From Eledone cirrhosa (lineage: Eukaryota): a stretch of DNA of 64,000 nt. The translations under genes were made by a program, and so were the position numbers. The notes below the pieces were generated by a model that was given only the letters and a program-made list of their open reading frames with translations, was not told where the DNA came from and searched no databases. This document shows positions 36,878 through 51,990 of this stretch, one piece after another. The number at the start of each line of letters is the position of its first letter. Position 1 is the first letter of the stretch. The stretch covers positions 29,884,001 to 29,948,000 of the forward strand of contig OZ024745.1 in the NCBI GenBank assembly GCA_964016885.1. The letters run 5' to 3'.

Positions 36878-39800
36878 TACACTGTTGTTACAGCTATCTA
36901 TTGTTGTTATAGCTATATGGTGTTGTGTGTGTTGTATCTACACTGTTGTTATAGCTATATGGTGTTGTTATGTGTGTTGTATCTACACTGTTGTTATAGC
37001 TATATGGTGTTGTTGTGTGTGTTGTATCTACACTGTTGTTATAGCTGTATGGTGTTGTTGTGTGTGTTGTATCTACACTGTTGTTATAGCTATATGGTGT
37101 TGTTATGTGTGTTGTATCTACACTGTTGTTATAGCTATATGGTGTTGTGTGTGTGTTGTATCTACACTGTTGTTATAGCTATATGGTGTTGTTATGTGTG
37201 TTGTATCTACACTGTTGTTATAGCTATATGGTGTTGTTATGTGTGTTGTATCTACACTGTTGTTATAGCTATATGGTGTTGTGTGTGTGTTGTATCTACA
37301 CTGTTGTTATAGCTATATGGTGTTGTTATGTGTGTTGTATCTACACTGTTGTTATAGCTATATGGTGTTGTTATGTGTGTTGTATCTACACTGTTGTTAT
37401 AGCTATATGGTGTTGTTGTGTGTGTTGTATCTACACTGTTGTTATAGCTATATGGTGTTGTTGTGTGTGTTGTATCTACACTGTTGTTATAGTTGTATGA
37501 TGTTGTTGTGTGTGTTGTATCTACACTGTTGTTATAGTTGTATGGTGTTGTTGTGTGTGTTGTATCTACACTGTTGTTATAGCTGTATGGTGTTGTTGTG
37601 TGTGTTGTATCTACACTGTTGTTATAGCTATATGGTGTTGTTATGTGTGTTGTATCTACACTGTTGTTATAGCTATATGGTGTTGTGTGTGTGTTGTATC
37701 TACACTGTTGTTATAGCTATATGGTGTTGTTATGTGTGTTGTATCTACACTGTTGTTATAGCTATATGGTGTTGTTATGTGTGTTGTATCTACACTGTTG
37801 TTATAGCTATATGGTGTTGTGTGTGTGTTGTATCTACACTGTTGTTATAGCTATATGGTGTTGTTATGTGTGTTGTATCTACACTGTTGTTATAGCTATA
37901 TGGTGTTGTTATGTGTGTTGTATCTACACTGTTGTTATAGCTGTATGGTGTTGTTGTGTGTGTTGTATCTACACTGTTGTTATAGCTATATGGTGTTGTT
38001 ATGTGTGTTGTATCTACACTGTTGTTATAGCTATATGGTGTTGTGTGTGTGTTGTATCTACACTGTTGTTATAGCTATATGGTGTTGTTGTGTGTGTTGT
38101 ATCTACACTGTTGTTATAGCTGTATGGTGTTGTTGTGTGTGTTGTATCTACACTGTTGTTATAGCTATATGGTGTTGTTATGTGTGTTGTATCTACACTG
38201 TTGTTATAGCTATATGGTGTTGTGTGTGTGTTGTATCTACACTGTTGTTATAGCTATATGGTGTTGTTATGTGTGTTGTATCTACACTGTTGTTATAGCT
38301 ATATGGTGTTGTTATGTGTGTTGTATCTACACTGTTGTTATAGCTATATGGTGTTGTGTGTGTGTTGTATCTACACTGTTGTTATAGCTATATGGTGTTG
38401 TTATGTTTGTTGTATCTACACTGTTGTTATAGCTATATGGTATTGTTATGTGTGTTGTATCTACACTGTTGTTATAGCTATATGGTGTTGTGTGTGTGTT
38501 GTATCTACACTGTTGTTATAGCTATATGGTGTTGTTATGTGTGTTGTATCTACACTGTTGTTATAGCTATATGGTGTTGTTATGTGTGTTGTATCTACAC
38601 TGTTGTTATAGCTATATGGTGTTGTTGTGTGTGTTGTATCTACACTGTTGTTATAGCTATATGGTGTTGTTATGTGTGTTGTATCTACACTGTTTTTATA
38701 GCTATATGGTGTTGTTATGTGTGTTGTATCTACACTGTTGTTATAGCTATATGGTGTTGTGTGTGTGTTGTATCTACACTGTTGTTATAGCTATATGGTG
38801 TTGTTATGTGTGTTGTATCTACACTGTTGTTATAGCTATATGGTGTTGTTATGTGTGTTGTATCTACACTGTTGTTATAGCGATATGGTGTTGTTATGTG
38901 TGTTGTATCTACACTGTTGTTATAGCTATATGGTGTTGTTGTGTGTGTTGTATCTACACTGTTGTTATAGTTGTATGATGTTGTTATGTGTGTTGTATCT
39001 ACACTGTTGTTATAGCGATATGGTGTTGTTATGTGTGTTGTATCTACACTGTTGTTATAGCTATATGGTGTTGTTATGTGTGTTGTATCTACACTGTTGT
39101 TATAGCTGTATGGTGTTGTTGTGTGTGTTGTATCTACACTGTTGTTATAGCTATATGGTGTTGTTATGTGTGTTGTATCTACACTGTTGTTATAGCTGTA
39201 TGGTGTTGTTATGTGTGTTGTATCTACACTGTTGTTATAGCTATATGGTGTTGTTATGTGTGTTGTATCTACACTGTTGTTATAGCTGTATGGTGTTGTT
39301 ATGTGTGTTGTATCTACACTGTTGTTATAGCTATATGGTGTTGTTATGTGTGTTGTATCTACACTGTTGTTATAGCGATATGGTGTTGTTATGTGTGTTG
39401 TATCTACACTGTTGTTATAGTTGTATGATGTTGTTATGTGTGTTGTATCTACACTGTTGTTATAGCGATATGGTGTTGTTATGTGTGTTGTATCTACACT
39501 GTTGTTATAGTTGTATGATGTTGTTATGTGTGTTGTATCTACACTGTTGTTATAGTTGTATGATGTTGTTATGTGTGTTGTATCTACACTGTTGTTATAG
39601 CTATATGGTGTTGTGTGTATTGTATCTACACTGTTGTTATAGCTATATGGTGTTGTTATGTGTGTTGTATCTACACTGTTGTTATAGCGATATGGTGTTG
39701 TTATGTGTGTTGTATCTACACTGTTGTTATAGCTATATGGTGTTGTGTGTGTTGTATCTACACTGTTGTTATAGCTATATGGTGTTGTTATGTGTGTTGT

Positions 39801-41756
39801 ATCTACACTGTTGTTATAGTTGTATGATGTTGTTATGTGTGTTGTATCTACACTGTTGTTATAGCTGTATGGTGTTGTTGTGTGTGTTGTATCTACACTG
39901 TTGTTATAGCTATATGGTGTTGTTATGTGTGTTGTATCTACACTGTTGTTATAGTTGTATGATGTTGTTATGTGTGTTGTATCTACACTGTTGTTATAGC
40001 TATATGGTGTTGTTATGTGTGTTGTATCTACACTGTTGTTATAGCTATATGGTGTTGTTATGTGTGTTGTATCTACACTGTTGTTATAGCGATATGGTGT
40101 TGTTATGTGTGTTGTATCTACACTGTTGTTATAGCTATATGGTGTTGTTGTGTGTGTTGTATCTACACTGTTGTTATAGCTGTATGGTGTTGTTGTGTGT
40201 GTCGTATCTACACTGTTGTTATAGCTGTATGGTGTTGTTATGTGTGTTGTATCTACACTGTTGTTATAGCTATATGGTGTTGTTATGTGTGTTGTATCTA
40301 CACTGTTGTTATAGCTATATGGTGTTGTGTGTGTTGTATCTACACTGTTGTTATAGCTGTATGGTGTTGTTATGTGTGTTGTATCTACACTGTTGTTATA
40401 GTTGTATGGTATTGTTGTGTGTGTTGTATCTACACTGTTGTTATAGCTGTATGGTGTTGTTGTGTGTGTTGTATCTACACTGTTGTTATAGTTGTATGAT
40501 GTTGTTGTGTGTGTTGTATCTACACTGTTGTTATAGCTGTATGGTGTTGTTGTGTGTGTTGTATCTACACTGTTGTTATAGCTGTATGGTGTTGTTGTGT
40601 GTGTTGTATCTACACTGTTGTTATAGCTGTATGGTGTTGTTGTGTGTGTTGTATCTACACTGTTGTTATAGTTGTATGGTATTGTTGTGTGTGTTGTATC
40701 TACACTGTTGTTATAGCTGTATGGTGTTGTTATGTGTGTTGTATCTACACTGTTGTTATAGCTGTATGGTGTTGTTGTGTGTGTCGTATCTACACTGTTG
40801 TTATAGCTATATGGTGTTGTTATGTGTGTTGTATCTACACTGTTGTTATAGCTATATGGTGTTGTTGTGTGTGTTGTATCTACACTGTTGTTATAGCTAT
40901 ATGGTGTTGTTATGTGTGTTGTATCTACACTGTTGTTATAGCTATATGGTGTTGTTGTGTGTGTTGTATCTACACTGTTGTTATAGCTGTATGGTGTTGT
41001 TGTGTGTGTTGTATCTACACTGTTGTTATAGTTGTATGGTGTTGTTATGTGTGTTGTATCTACACTGTTGTTATAGCTATATGGTGTTGTTGTGTGTTGT
41101 ATCTACACTGTTGTTATAGTTGTATGATGTTGTTGTGTGTGTTGTATCTACACTGTTGTTATAGCTGTATGGTGTTGTTGTGTGTGTTGTATCTACACTG
41201 TTGTTATAGCTGTATGGTGTTGTTGTGTGTGTTGTATCTACACTGTTGTTATAGCTATATGGTGTTGTTGTGTGTGTTGTATCTACACTGTTGTTATAGC
41301 TGTATGGTGTTGTGTGTGTTGTATCTACACTGTTGTTATAGTTGTATGGTGTTGTGTGTGTTGTATCTACACTGTTATTATAGTTGTATGGTGTTGTTGT
41401 GTGTGTTGTATCTACACTGTTGTTATAGTTGTATGGTGTTGTTGTGTGTGTTGTATCTACACTGTTGTTATAGTTGTATGATGTTGTTGTGTGTGTTGTA
41501 TCTACACTGTTGTTATAGTTGTATGGTGTTGTTGTGTGTGTTGTATCTACACTGTTGTTATAGTTGTATGGTGTTGTTGTGTGTGTTGTATCTACACTGT
41601 TGTTATAGTTGTATGGTGTTGTTGTGTGTGTTGTATCTACACTGTTGTTATAGTTGTATGGTGTTGCTATGTGTGTTGTATCTACACTGTTGTTATAGTT
41701 GTATGGTGTTGCTATGTGTGTTGTATCTACACTGTTATAGCTATATGGTGTTGTTA
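36878..41756. repeat. 45-bp satellite array, about 110 copies (tgttgttatagctrtatggtgttgttrtgtgtgttgtatctacac), with 44- and 42-bp variants
   Basis: 15-aa periodicity in the track ORFs; unit read directly. Confidence 0.97.
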
Positions 41757-42600
41757 TAATAATGAAATTAAAAATTATTGTATAAAGTGCTCAGGTGCAC
41801 TACAACTCGTCAAAGGTGCATGTATAGTATATAGAATAATTGTTTCTACTTTTAGGCACAAGGCCAGCAATTATCCCAGTGTATTACTGGTACTTTATTT
41901 TATCGGATATACATGTGTGTATGTGTATGGAGGGGGAACATTAGGTGTAGTGTTGGCGAATCTCAGGAAGCATGGAGGCCTTGAAGGATGCAGCGTCTTG
42001 ACAGCTAACAACTGCTGCAGGTAGTTTGTTCCATGCTTCAGCAACTCTGAGCGTGAAAAAGTGTTTCCGAAAGTCATGGGAACTGTGCTGTTTTCTGACT
42101 TTGTGGGCATGCCCACGTGTGTTAGACACATGTAAATCAAAAAGGTACTCAGGGTTGTTGTTGGCAAGATGGTTAACAATTTTGTGGGTGTTTACCAAGT
42201 CAGTTGCCAGGCGTCGGAGCTTCACGGTATCCATGCCCAGGGAAGCAAGGCGCTCAGAGTATGGTAGATGCCTGATGGAAGGTATTCGCTTGGTTGCAAG
42301 TCTCTGAACAGTTTCCAGGTGGTCAATGTTCTGAGCAAGATAAGGGTTCCAGACTGGTGATGCAAATTCTAAGTGTGACCGCACCATAGCCATGTACAGC
42401 CTTAAATAGATAGCTGGAGAGTGGCTGACAAAGGTCTTGCTGAGTGATGCTAAGACACCCTCGGCCCTCTTGACAATTTTAGAGATGTGCTTCGTCTAAC
42501 ACAAATTGCTGCTGACCGTAATGCCCAGGTCACATTCACAAGAAGACTTCTTGATATTAGTGCTGTGGAGGGAGTATGTGGATGCTGGGTTTTTACTCCA
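41757..42600 (-). mobile_element. 5'-truncated CR1-like LINE inside the satellite, with a SINE fragment nested at ~41840-41906
   Basis: ORF 41941-42393: [15 protein letters not shown]...LETVQRLATK...LPYSERL...TRGH...RKHFFTLRVAEAWNKLP. Confidence 0.9.
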
Positions 42601-44660
42601 GTGTTGTATCTACAGTGTTATAGCTATATGGTGGTGTTATGTGTTGTATCTACAGTGTTATAGCTGTATGGTGGTTTTATGTGTTGTATCTACAGTGTTA
42701 TAGCTATATGGTGTTGTTATGTGTTGTAACTACAGTGTTATAGCTATATGGTGGTGTTATGTGTTGTATCTACAGTGTTATAGCTGTATGGTGGTGTTAT
42801 GTGTTTTATCTACAGTGTTATAGCTATATGGTGTTGTTATGTGTTGTATCTACAGTCTTATAGCTGTTTGGTGGTGTTATGTGCTGTATCTACAGTGTTA
42901 TAGCTGTATGGTGTTGTTATGTGTTGTATCTACAGTGTTATAGCTATATGGTGGTGTTATGTGTTGTATCTACAGTGTTATAACTGTATGGTGGTGTTAT
43001 GTGTTGTATCTACAGTGTTATAGCTGTATGGTGGTGTTATGTGTTTTATCTACAGTGTTATAGCTATATGGTGTTGTTATGTGTTGTATCTACAGTGTTA
43101 TAGCTGTTTGGTGTTGTTATGTGTTGTATCTACAGTGTTATAGCTGTATGGTGTTGTTATGTGTTGTATCTACAGTGTTATAGCTCTATGATGGTGTTAT
43201 GTGTTGTATCTACAGTGTTATAGCTGTTTGGTGGTGTTATGTGCTGTATCTACAGTGTTATAGCTGTATGGTTGTGTTATGTGTTGTATCTACAGTGTTA
43301 TAGCTGTATGGTGTTGTTATGTGTTGTATCTACAGTGTTATAGCTATATGGTGTTGTTATGTGTTGTATCTACAGTGTTATAGCTATATGGTGGTGTTAT
43401 GTGTTGTATCTACAGTGTTATAGCTGTTTGGTGGTGTCATGTGCTGTATCTACAGTGTTATAGCTGTATGGTGGTGTTATGTGTTGTATCTACAGTGTTA
43501 TAGCTGTATGGTGTTGTTATGTGTTGTATCTACAGTGTTATAGCTATATGGTGGTGTTATGTGTTGTATCTACAGTGTTATAACTGTATGGTGGTGTTAT
43601 GTGTTGTATCTACAGTGTTATAGCTGTATGGTGTTGTTATGTGTTGTATCTACAGTGTTATAGCTGTATGGTTGTGTTATGTGTTGTATCTACAGTGTTA
43701 TAGCTGTATGGTGGTGTTATGTGTTGTATCTACAGTGTTATAGCTGTATGGTGGTGTTATGTGTTTTATCTACAGTGTTATAGCTATATGGTGTTGTTAT
43801 GTGTTGTATCTACAGTGTTATAGCTGTTTGGTGGTGTTATGTGCTGTATCTACAGTGTTATAGCTATATGGTGTTGTTATGTGTTGTATCTACAGTGTTA
43901 TAGCTATATGGTGGTGTTATGTGTTGTATCTACAGTGTTATAGCTGTATGGTGTTGTTATGTGTTGTATCTACAGTGTTATAGCTGTATGGTGGTGTTAT
44001 GTGCTGTATCTACAGTGTTATAGCTGTATGGTGGTGTTATGTGTTGTATCTACAGTGTTATAGCTATATGGTGGTGTTATGTGTTGTATCTACAGTGTTA
44101 TAGCTGTATAGTGTTGTTATGTGTTGTATCTACAGTGTTATAGCTGTATGGTGTTGTTATGTGTTGTATCTACAGTGTTATAGCTGTATGGTGTTGTTAT
44201 GTGTTGTATCTACAGTGTTATAGTTATATGGTGGTGTTATGTGTTGTATCTACAGTGTTATAGCTGTATGGTGTTGTTATGTGTTGTATCTACAGTGTTA
44301 TAGCTATATGGTGTTGTTATGTGTTGTATCTACAGTGTTATAGCTGTATGGTGGTGTTATGTGCTGTATCTACAGTGTTATAGCTGTATGGTGTTGTTAT
44401 GTGTTGTATCTACAGTGTTATAGCTGTATGGTGGTGTTATGTGCTGTATCTACAGTGTTATAGCTGTATGGTGTTCTTATGTGTTGTATCTACAGTGTTA
44501 TAGCTGTATGGTGGTGTTATGTGTTGTATCTACAGTGTTATAGCTGTATGGTGGTGTTATGTGTTGTATCTACAGTGTTATAGCTGTATGGTGGTGTTAT
44601 GTGTTGTATCTACAGTGTTATAGCTGTATGGTGGTGTTATGTGTTATATCTACAGTGTCT
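42601..44660. repeat. 40-bp satellite array, about 51 copies (gtgttgtatctacagtgttatagctrtatggtkgtgttat)
   Basis: Exact 40-nt period with no indels; clearly related to the 45-bp unit. Confidence 0.97.
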
Positions 44661-45359
44661 AGAGTGTTATTATTGTTATATGGTGTTGTTATGTGTGTTA
44701 TATCTACAATATTTGTTATATGGTGAGTGATATCTACAGTGTTGTTATTAGTGTCTTGGTAAATAATATCAAACTAATTATTTACTGCAATCTAAGTGGC
44801 TGGTCTGTTGACTAAAGTGGCGGTGCTGGTGGTGCTGTGGTAGTGCTACTGCTGGTGGTGGTGGGGGGTGCTTGTGGTGCTGATGCTGGTGGTACTAGTG
44901 GTGTTGGTGGGGATGCTGGTGGTGTGGTGGTGACTGATGATGACGATGATGATGGTGGTAATGACGATGATGATAGTGGTGATGGTGATGGTGATGAGGA
45001 TGATGGTGGTGATGCTGCTGCTGATTAATTAAATGAAAAGTTATAAATACAGAATAAGTTTATTTATTTTTATTTTTTGCTTGTTTGTCAATTATAATTT
45101 AAACCCCATAATTTAGTCGTTTCTCACATGTTTGTAGCTAAGCACACAGTTACTATGTCAGCTACTCATGTACTCTTAGTTAATATGAAGGGATGTTGGC
45201 ATAATAGAGTGGTTAAGAAGTTGGCTTGGTAGTCAACAGGTCCTGAGTTCAATCCCACTGCATGGCATCTTGGGCAAGATTAAGCGAGTGTGTGGCCTGT
45301 AAGATATGTCACATATTGTAGAGGATCTGTAATATATACCATACGAGGACCTGTAGTGT

Positions 45360-46888
45360 GTAATATAGAGGGACAGTAGGATATACTATGGGGAGGGATG
45401 TAACATATATTATAGAGGGACTGTAACATATACTATAGAGGGACTGTAACATATATTATAGAGGGACTGTAACATATACTATAGAGGGACTTCAACATAT
45501 ACTATAGAGGGACTGTAACATATACTACAGAGGGACTGTAATATATGCTATAGAGGGACTGTAACATATACTATAGAGGGACTAACATATACTATAAAGG
45601 GACTGTAACATATACTACAGAGGGACTGTAACATATACAATAGAGGGACTGTAACATATACTATAGAGGGACTGTAACATATACTATAGAGAGACTGTAG
45701 CATATACTATAGAGGGACTGTAACATATACTACAGAGGGACTGTAACATATACAATAGAGGGACTGTAACATATACTATAGAGGCACTATAACATATATT
45801 ATAGAGGGACTTCAACATATACTATAGAGGGACTGTAACATATACTATAGAGGAGACTGTAACATATACTATAGAGGGACTGTAACATATACTATAGAAG
45901 GACTGTAACATATACTATAGAGGCACTATAACATATATTATAGAGGGACTTCAACATATACTATAGAGGGACTGTAACATATACTATAGAGGGACTGTAA
46001 CATATAGTATAGAGGAGACTGTAACATATACTATAGAGGGACTGTAACATATATTATAGAGGGACTGTAACATATACTATAGAGGGACTGTAACATATAC
46101 AATAGAGGGACTGTAACATATACTATAGAGGGACTGTAACATATACTATGGAGGGACTGTAACATATACTACAGAGGGACTGTAGCATATACTATAGAGG
46201 GACTGTAACATATATTATAGAGGGACTGTAACATATACTATAGAGGGACTGTAACATATACTATAGAGGGACTTTAACATATACAATAGAGGGACTGTAA
46301 CATATACTATAGAGGGACTGTAACATATACAATAGAGGGACTGTAACATATACTATAGAGGGACTGTAACATATACAATAGAGGGACTGTAACATATACT
46401 ATAGAGGGACTGTAACATATACTATGGAGGGACTGTAACATATACTACAGAGGGACTGTAATATATGCCATAGAGGGACTGTAACATATACTATAGAGGG
46501 ACTAACATATACTATAAAGAGACTGTAACATATACTATAGAGGGACTGTAACATATATTATAGAGGGACTGTAAATATACTATAGAGGGACTGTAACATA
46601 TATTATAGAGGGACTGTAACATATACTATAGAGGGACTGTAGCATATACTATAGAGGGACTGTAACATATATTATAGAGGGACTGTAACATATACTATAG
46701 AGGGACTGTAACATATACTATAGAGGGACTTTAACATATACAATAGAGGGACTGTAACATATACTATAGAGGGACTGTAACAGATATTATAGAAGACTGT
46801 AACATATACAATAGAGGGACTGTAACATATACTATAGATGGACTGTAACAGATATTATAGAGGGACTGTAACATATATTATAGAGGGA
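45360..46888. repeat. 23-bp minisatellite, about 65 copies (ctgtaacatatactatagaggga)
   Basis: ctgtaac at 45421 and 45444, and so on. Confidence 0.96.
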
Positions 46889-47090
46889 CCCTGGACAAAA
46901 CCAACTGATGGTAGACCCTGAAGTAAACCATGAACAAGATAGTTGGATAACATCCGTGAGCTTGGTTGGCCTTTCTTGGGAATCCAGCCAGATCAATTGA
47001 AGACAGTTGCTTCTGATAGGGCCTGCTGAAAGGTGTGTCTGAGGACTTTTCCCCCATGACTTTCCCAGGAATAACATAAAGAAGAAGAAT
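46889..47090 (+). mobile_element. Decayed RTE (Expander-like) extreme 3' end
   Basis: KPTDGRP*SKP*TR*LDNIRELGWPFLGIQPDQLKTVASDR resembles the Rex3/Expander C-terminus. Confidence 0.55.
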
Positions 47091-50000
47091 TGATATACAG
47101 GTTAAAGGCAGTATAATACTGTAATATAAAACACTCAGTGTGATGCCTCTAAGAATGGAAGATTTGGACCTGTGGTAAATGCTACTAGATTAATCCAACA
47201 GTGTCTTTGATTCACTCAGGCTTTATGAGTGAAATTAAATGGTACAAGACAATGTGGCAGCCTGTTGGATGTACTGTACCTGTAATTCAACAGTGAAATT
47301 TTGTTACATATTGTGCATGCTGATTCTGTTTGGGAATTATTTTAAGGGTACATGTGTCTGTGAAATACTCAGTCACATACTTATTAATTTGTGTTCACCA
47401 AACAACTGAATGTTCATCTCTGAAACTGACAAGTTTTTACATAAATATATACACTTTGACTATGAAACCACACACCTCACTATATTAGTATGTTAAAGTT
47501 AAAGTCTATCCCAAGTCCAGAGGCTCATCCGATTGTCCTGATTCCATTGATGTTAAGCAACTGAGAGCACAAACGCATGCTCTGGGCAGGATGCCAGTCC
47601 ATCACAGAATTAACTCCCATCTATTGCAAGAACTCATTTTCAGCTGAATTGACCGGAACAACATGAAATGAAGTGTCTTGCTGAAGGACATAATGATCCA
47701 CATGGTCCTGGAATCAAAACAACAACATTGCGACCAAGACCATAACTACTAGGCCACACGTCTTCACTATATTTGTATATGTATATATGTGGACCTGTAA
47801 CTCCTGATGGGGTTTTAGAAGCACCATAGTGATATACAGTGTTTCTTGGGCAATGTAAACATGGTGGTACCTATCTCCTTTCCAGGTATGAACACAGTCA
47901 AGTTCTTCCAGAGTTGAAAAGAGAGTGAAAGTGAGAAAGATATATAGAGGAACAATCAACCCCCAATACTAAACTGGTACTTCTTTTATCGCCCTCAAAA
48001 GGATGAAAGGCAAAATTGTCCTTGACAGGATTAAAGCTCAGAGTGTAGAGAGCTGGAACAAACATTGCAAATTATTCTATCTAATTTTTTAACTTCCTTA
48101 ACCACTAGGCCACACACCTTCCCTATATTAGTAAAACATCACCAAAATTACCCCCAAGTACTTCCCTAAACCCAAACATGATGTCTCTCATATTTAACAT
48201 GGCTAAATATACAAGATTGCAACATTATATCAATTAGATAATTATATTTATTCAACGTTTAACAGTTGCATACCTATCAGAACAAGCAGAATAATAATAT
48301 AGATACTTATCCAGCAATCATGTGAAATTAATTTTTATATCATAATAATCAGCATCATCATCATCATCGTTATCACAATCCAAGGCCAGACGAATTAGAG
48401 AGACTTGATCTTGTCCAAGTGTTCCATATTTGGCAGGGTTTCTACAGCTGGATGCCCCTCCTAAAGCCAACCACTTTACAGAGTGTACTGGGTGTATTTA
48501 TCATGGCACCAACTAACTAACGGTAATAGCACAAATTAACCATGAAAAATTATCACATTATTTCGTTTGTCTGTTCTGTCTCTCTGATGTGCAAAATCTC
48601 ATGTGGATATTGCTTCATGATCTTGTTTTATCATAACACCTGAACTAAAGAGGTTGTCACATGTTTATCCAGACTGGAAAGTCTTCTCAAACTCTATATT
48701 GTCTCCCTTTGATCACCAATAATGTAGCCTCCAGATTCTCATTAAAAGAATATATTAGTTAACTGAAGAGGACCAGCATTCATGACCTCTGCAGGTCATC
48801 CTTGATTTGAAGAACTGATGCAGGTCAATGATTGCAGTGATGAGAAGAAGAAAAGAAAAACGCTTCAGGGGGGAGGGAAGACAAAAGGAAGAAAGAGAAA
48901 AAAACTGGCGGTTCTACTTTAAATTGTAGTAACTGAATGAACACCACATAAAGCATAACTGGATGAAAATTAAACTTAGGGATCTTCAGTTGTGTCAAGG
49001 GCACAACAACTTCTTTAGTATTGGTGACATGATAATACACACCAACTACACTCTATAAAGAAATTGATGATAGAAAGGGTATCCAGTCATAGAAAACTTG
49101 CCAAACAAAGGGTTGGGATACTCTTCAGTTGTGTCAAAGACATGACAACCTCCCAAGTACTGGTGCCACAATAAAATGCACCTGGCGAACTCTGTAGAGT
49201 GCAGGAACATATGAATGTGTGTTGCAACCCCCAGCCCATCTAAGAGGTCAGTCGCTCTGAGTAAGTACTGACTTGGTCTCTGATGACATGTCCAACTCTT
49301 GCAAATAGAGAAAATGGGCATTAAATGATGATGGTGATGAATGTAGGCCTACACATTGGTGTTGAGATTCCCACATTAGTCCATGCCAACCTATAAAACA
49401 GAGGTAACATCCAAATAAAAAGAAACATGTTTAATAAAAGGATTGGCAGCAAGAAGGGAATCTGGTTGTTACACAAAAGACGTTTTTGAAAAGCCTTTCA
49501 TGAAACCTATGAAAGTAACACTTGTTTTAGCAGGGACAAAGGTCCATAAAACGCTGCTACATGTAAAACTACATGAGGCCTCCTTTGATTATGAGGTATT
49601 GGGCTGCATCCCACATAGATTTGGTACTAACTAAAAGCACCCAATGATCATGTGATATTAAATGAAACAGCAATGTTTAGATCCATCATCATAGCTGTTG
49701 CTGCTGCTACTAATACTACTGCTGTTACTACTACTACTACTACTACATATTTCTGGTCTGGTACTAATTTAAGATACTGTTATAAATAGCATAATTATTT
49801 AATTATGGTAATTATGATATAATTATAATTAGCGTGATGTTTACTGGAATATGCAGTTGTCATTTAAATACTCTTCTTATTGAAATAATGTATACTGCAA
49901 TAGCTACTTGAAATTGGTTTTTGTTAGGATATGTCCTATTTTTAAACAGACTACTTAACAATCAACTTCCTAATCCTCTTCAACAGACATTGTCACTTGA

Positions 50001-50741
50001 GAATATGGTATGCCATCAACCTAAGAGGGCAGAAATAATGGACATCAGCAATTCTATATTTCTTGTTAACACTGATATATTCAGAGAAAAATGAGAAACT
50101 CAAACGTGACATAGCTGTTAAAACACCCACATGCTGTTAATAAGGGTTTATGATTTAGACACAAGTCCAGCAATTTTAGGGGAGGGGAAAGTCGATTAAA
50201 TCAACTCCAGTACATTACTGGTTTTTTATTTTATTGATCCTGGAAGGATGAAAGGCAAAGCTAACCTTGACGGGATTTGAACTCAGACTGTAAAGAGCCG
50301 TAACTCTATGCTGCAAAGCATGGTGTCGAACATTCTACCAAAACAGCCAATCCACTACCATAAATGTCATTAATAATAATAGCATGGAAGTCAGGTAAAA
50401 CTACCCCTAAGGACAGAGAACAGTGACCAGTGACCATTACGTAGAAATGGAAAGTTATGAGGTCATGTAGGGGAAAATAATAGATGATTAAGAGAGGAGT
50501 ACTTTGATCTTGTATTTTTTGTAACTTCCATTTTGTTACATTGGTCTCCACTTGTTTTCCTTTTATTCTCCTTTCCTTATCACTCCTACATTCCAACACC
50601 TGACCTTATAACTTCCAGTTTCTCCATAGTGGTCGCTAGTCACCATTTTTCATCCTTAAAAGTATTTTTACCCAACTTCTATGCTGTAATTATTAATGGA
50701 ATTCAACTGTTTTAACAACTATTTATCGTGTCTGGGTTTCC

Positions 50742-51052
50742 CATTTTTATATAAACTATATATCACCTCAGTACTTCATTTCTATAAACTTTATATCACC
50801 TCAGTACTTCATTTCTATAAACTATATATTACCTCAGTACTTCATTTCTATCAACTATATATCACCTCAGTACTTCATTTCTATAAACTTTATATCACCT
50901 CAGTACTTCATTTCTATAAACTATATATTACCTCAGTACTTCATTTCTATAAACTATATATCACCTCAGTACTTCATTTCTATAAACTATATATCACCTC
51001 ACTACTTCATTGCTATAAACTATATATTACCTCAGTACTTCATTTCGATAAC
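50742..51052. repeat. 33-bp minisatellite, about 9 copies (tatatcacctcagtacttcatttctataaacta)
   Basis: 11-aa periodicity YKLYITSVLHF. Confidence 0.95.
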
Positions 51053-51990
51053 TTTCGATACACCCAATGTCGGTTTACTGATATTTTCATCTTATACTTT
51101 TATGTGACACACACATGGCTGTGTGGTAAAGAGGTTTGCTTCATATCTACATGGTTTCAGATTTGATTCAAATGTGTGACACCTTAAGCAAAATGTCTTT
51201 TACTAAAGCTGTGGGCTAACCAATTCCTTGTGAGTTAATTTCCGAGACAGAAACTGTGAGGAAGTCTGTCATATATCTTCATCATCATCATTATCATTTA
51301 ATGTCCATCTTTCTATGCTGCTGTGGGTTTGATGGATCTACAAAGATCAAGTCAGTACTTAATCAGAACTACAATTTTCCCAGATGGACTGGGACCATGT
51401 CACAGTTACACACTATCCAGTTTTGGCATAGTTTCTCTAGATGGATGCCCTTTCTATCACCAACCGTTTTACAGAGTCTACTGGGTGCATTTTATTGTAT
51501 TTTTCTCAAGAACACAACACACAATTCAGTCCAGCACCCTAACCTCTAAGCTTGTGCCTTCACTGGGTGCATTTTTCATGATGCAAACACTAGAGAGATT
51601 GTCACTAACCCCTATACTAGGAGAATTTGATTCTGACAGTGGCACGAGGGAAGTTGCACAATATATGACAAGTACATTTGTCTTAACATAACTTGATAAA
51701 AGATGGATGAACTCATTAGAATCAACGGCAGTCCATTACCATGTAAAAAAATATGGGTGGACAGAGTTCATTTACCCTGATTCACAGTCTCTCTAAGAGA
51801 AGAATCACTCTGACTTCAAAATCTGGGTAGATGAGACTCCTTAGTCACCTTTGTGACAACCTTTCAAGTGGCCAACAGCTTCATCCCTGCGATGAAGGCA
51901 AGCTGTAGCTTAGTAGCCAGCTTTGGAGTGATGGTTGGACAAAGATCCAGGACCCAGTGACATCGTTTTTATCCCGATGACAATCATGGA

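Noticed and set aside
36849-42024. Long Cys-rich ORFs (up to 786 aa, MVLLCVLYLHCCYSY repeats)
   Set aside because: These translate a 45-bp satellite that happens to lack stops in two frames; 44-bp units shift the frame at random and there are no splice signals.
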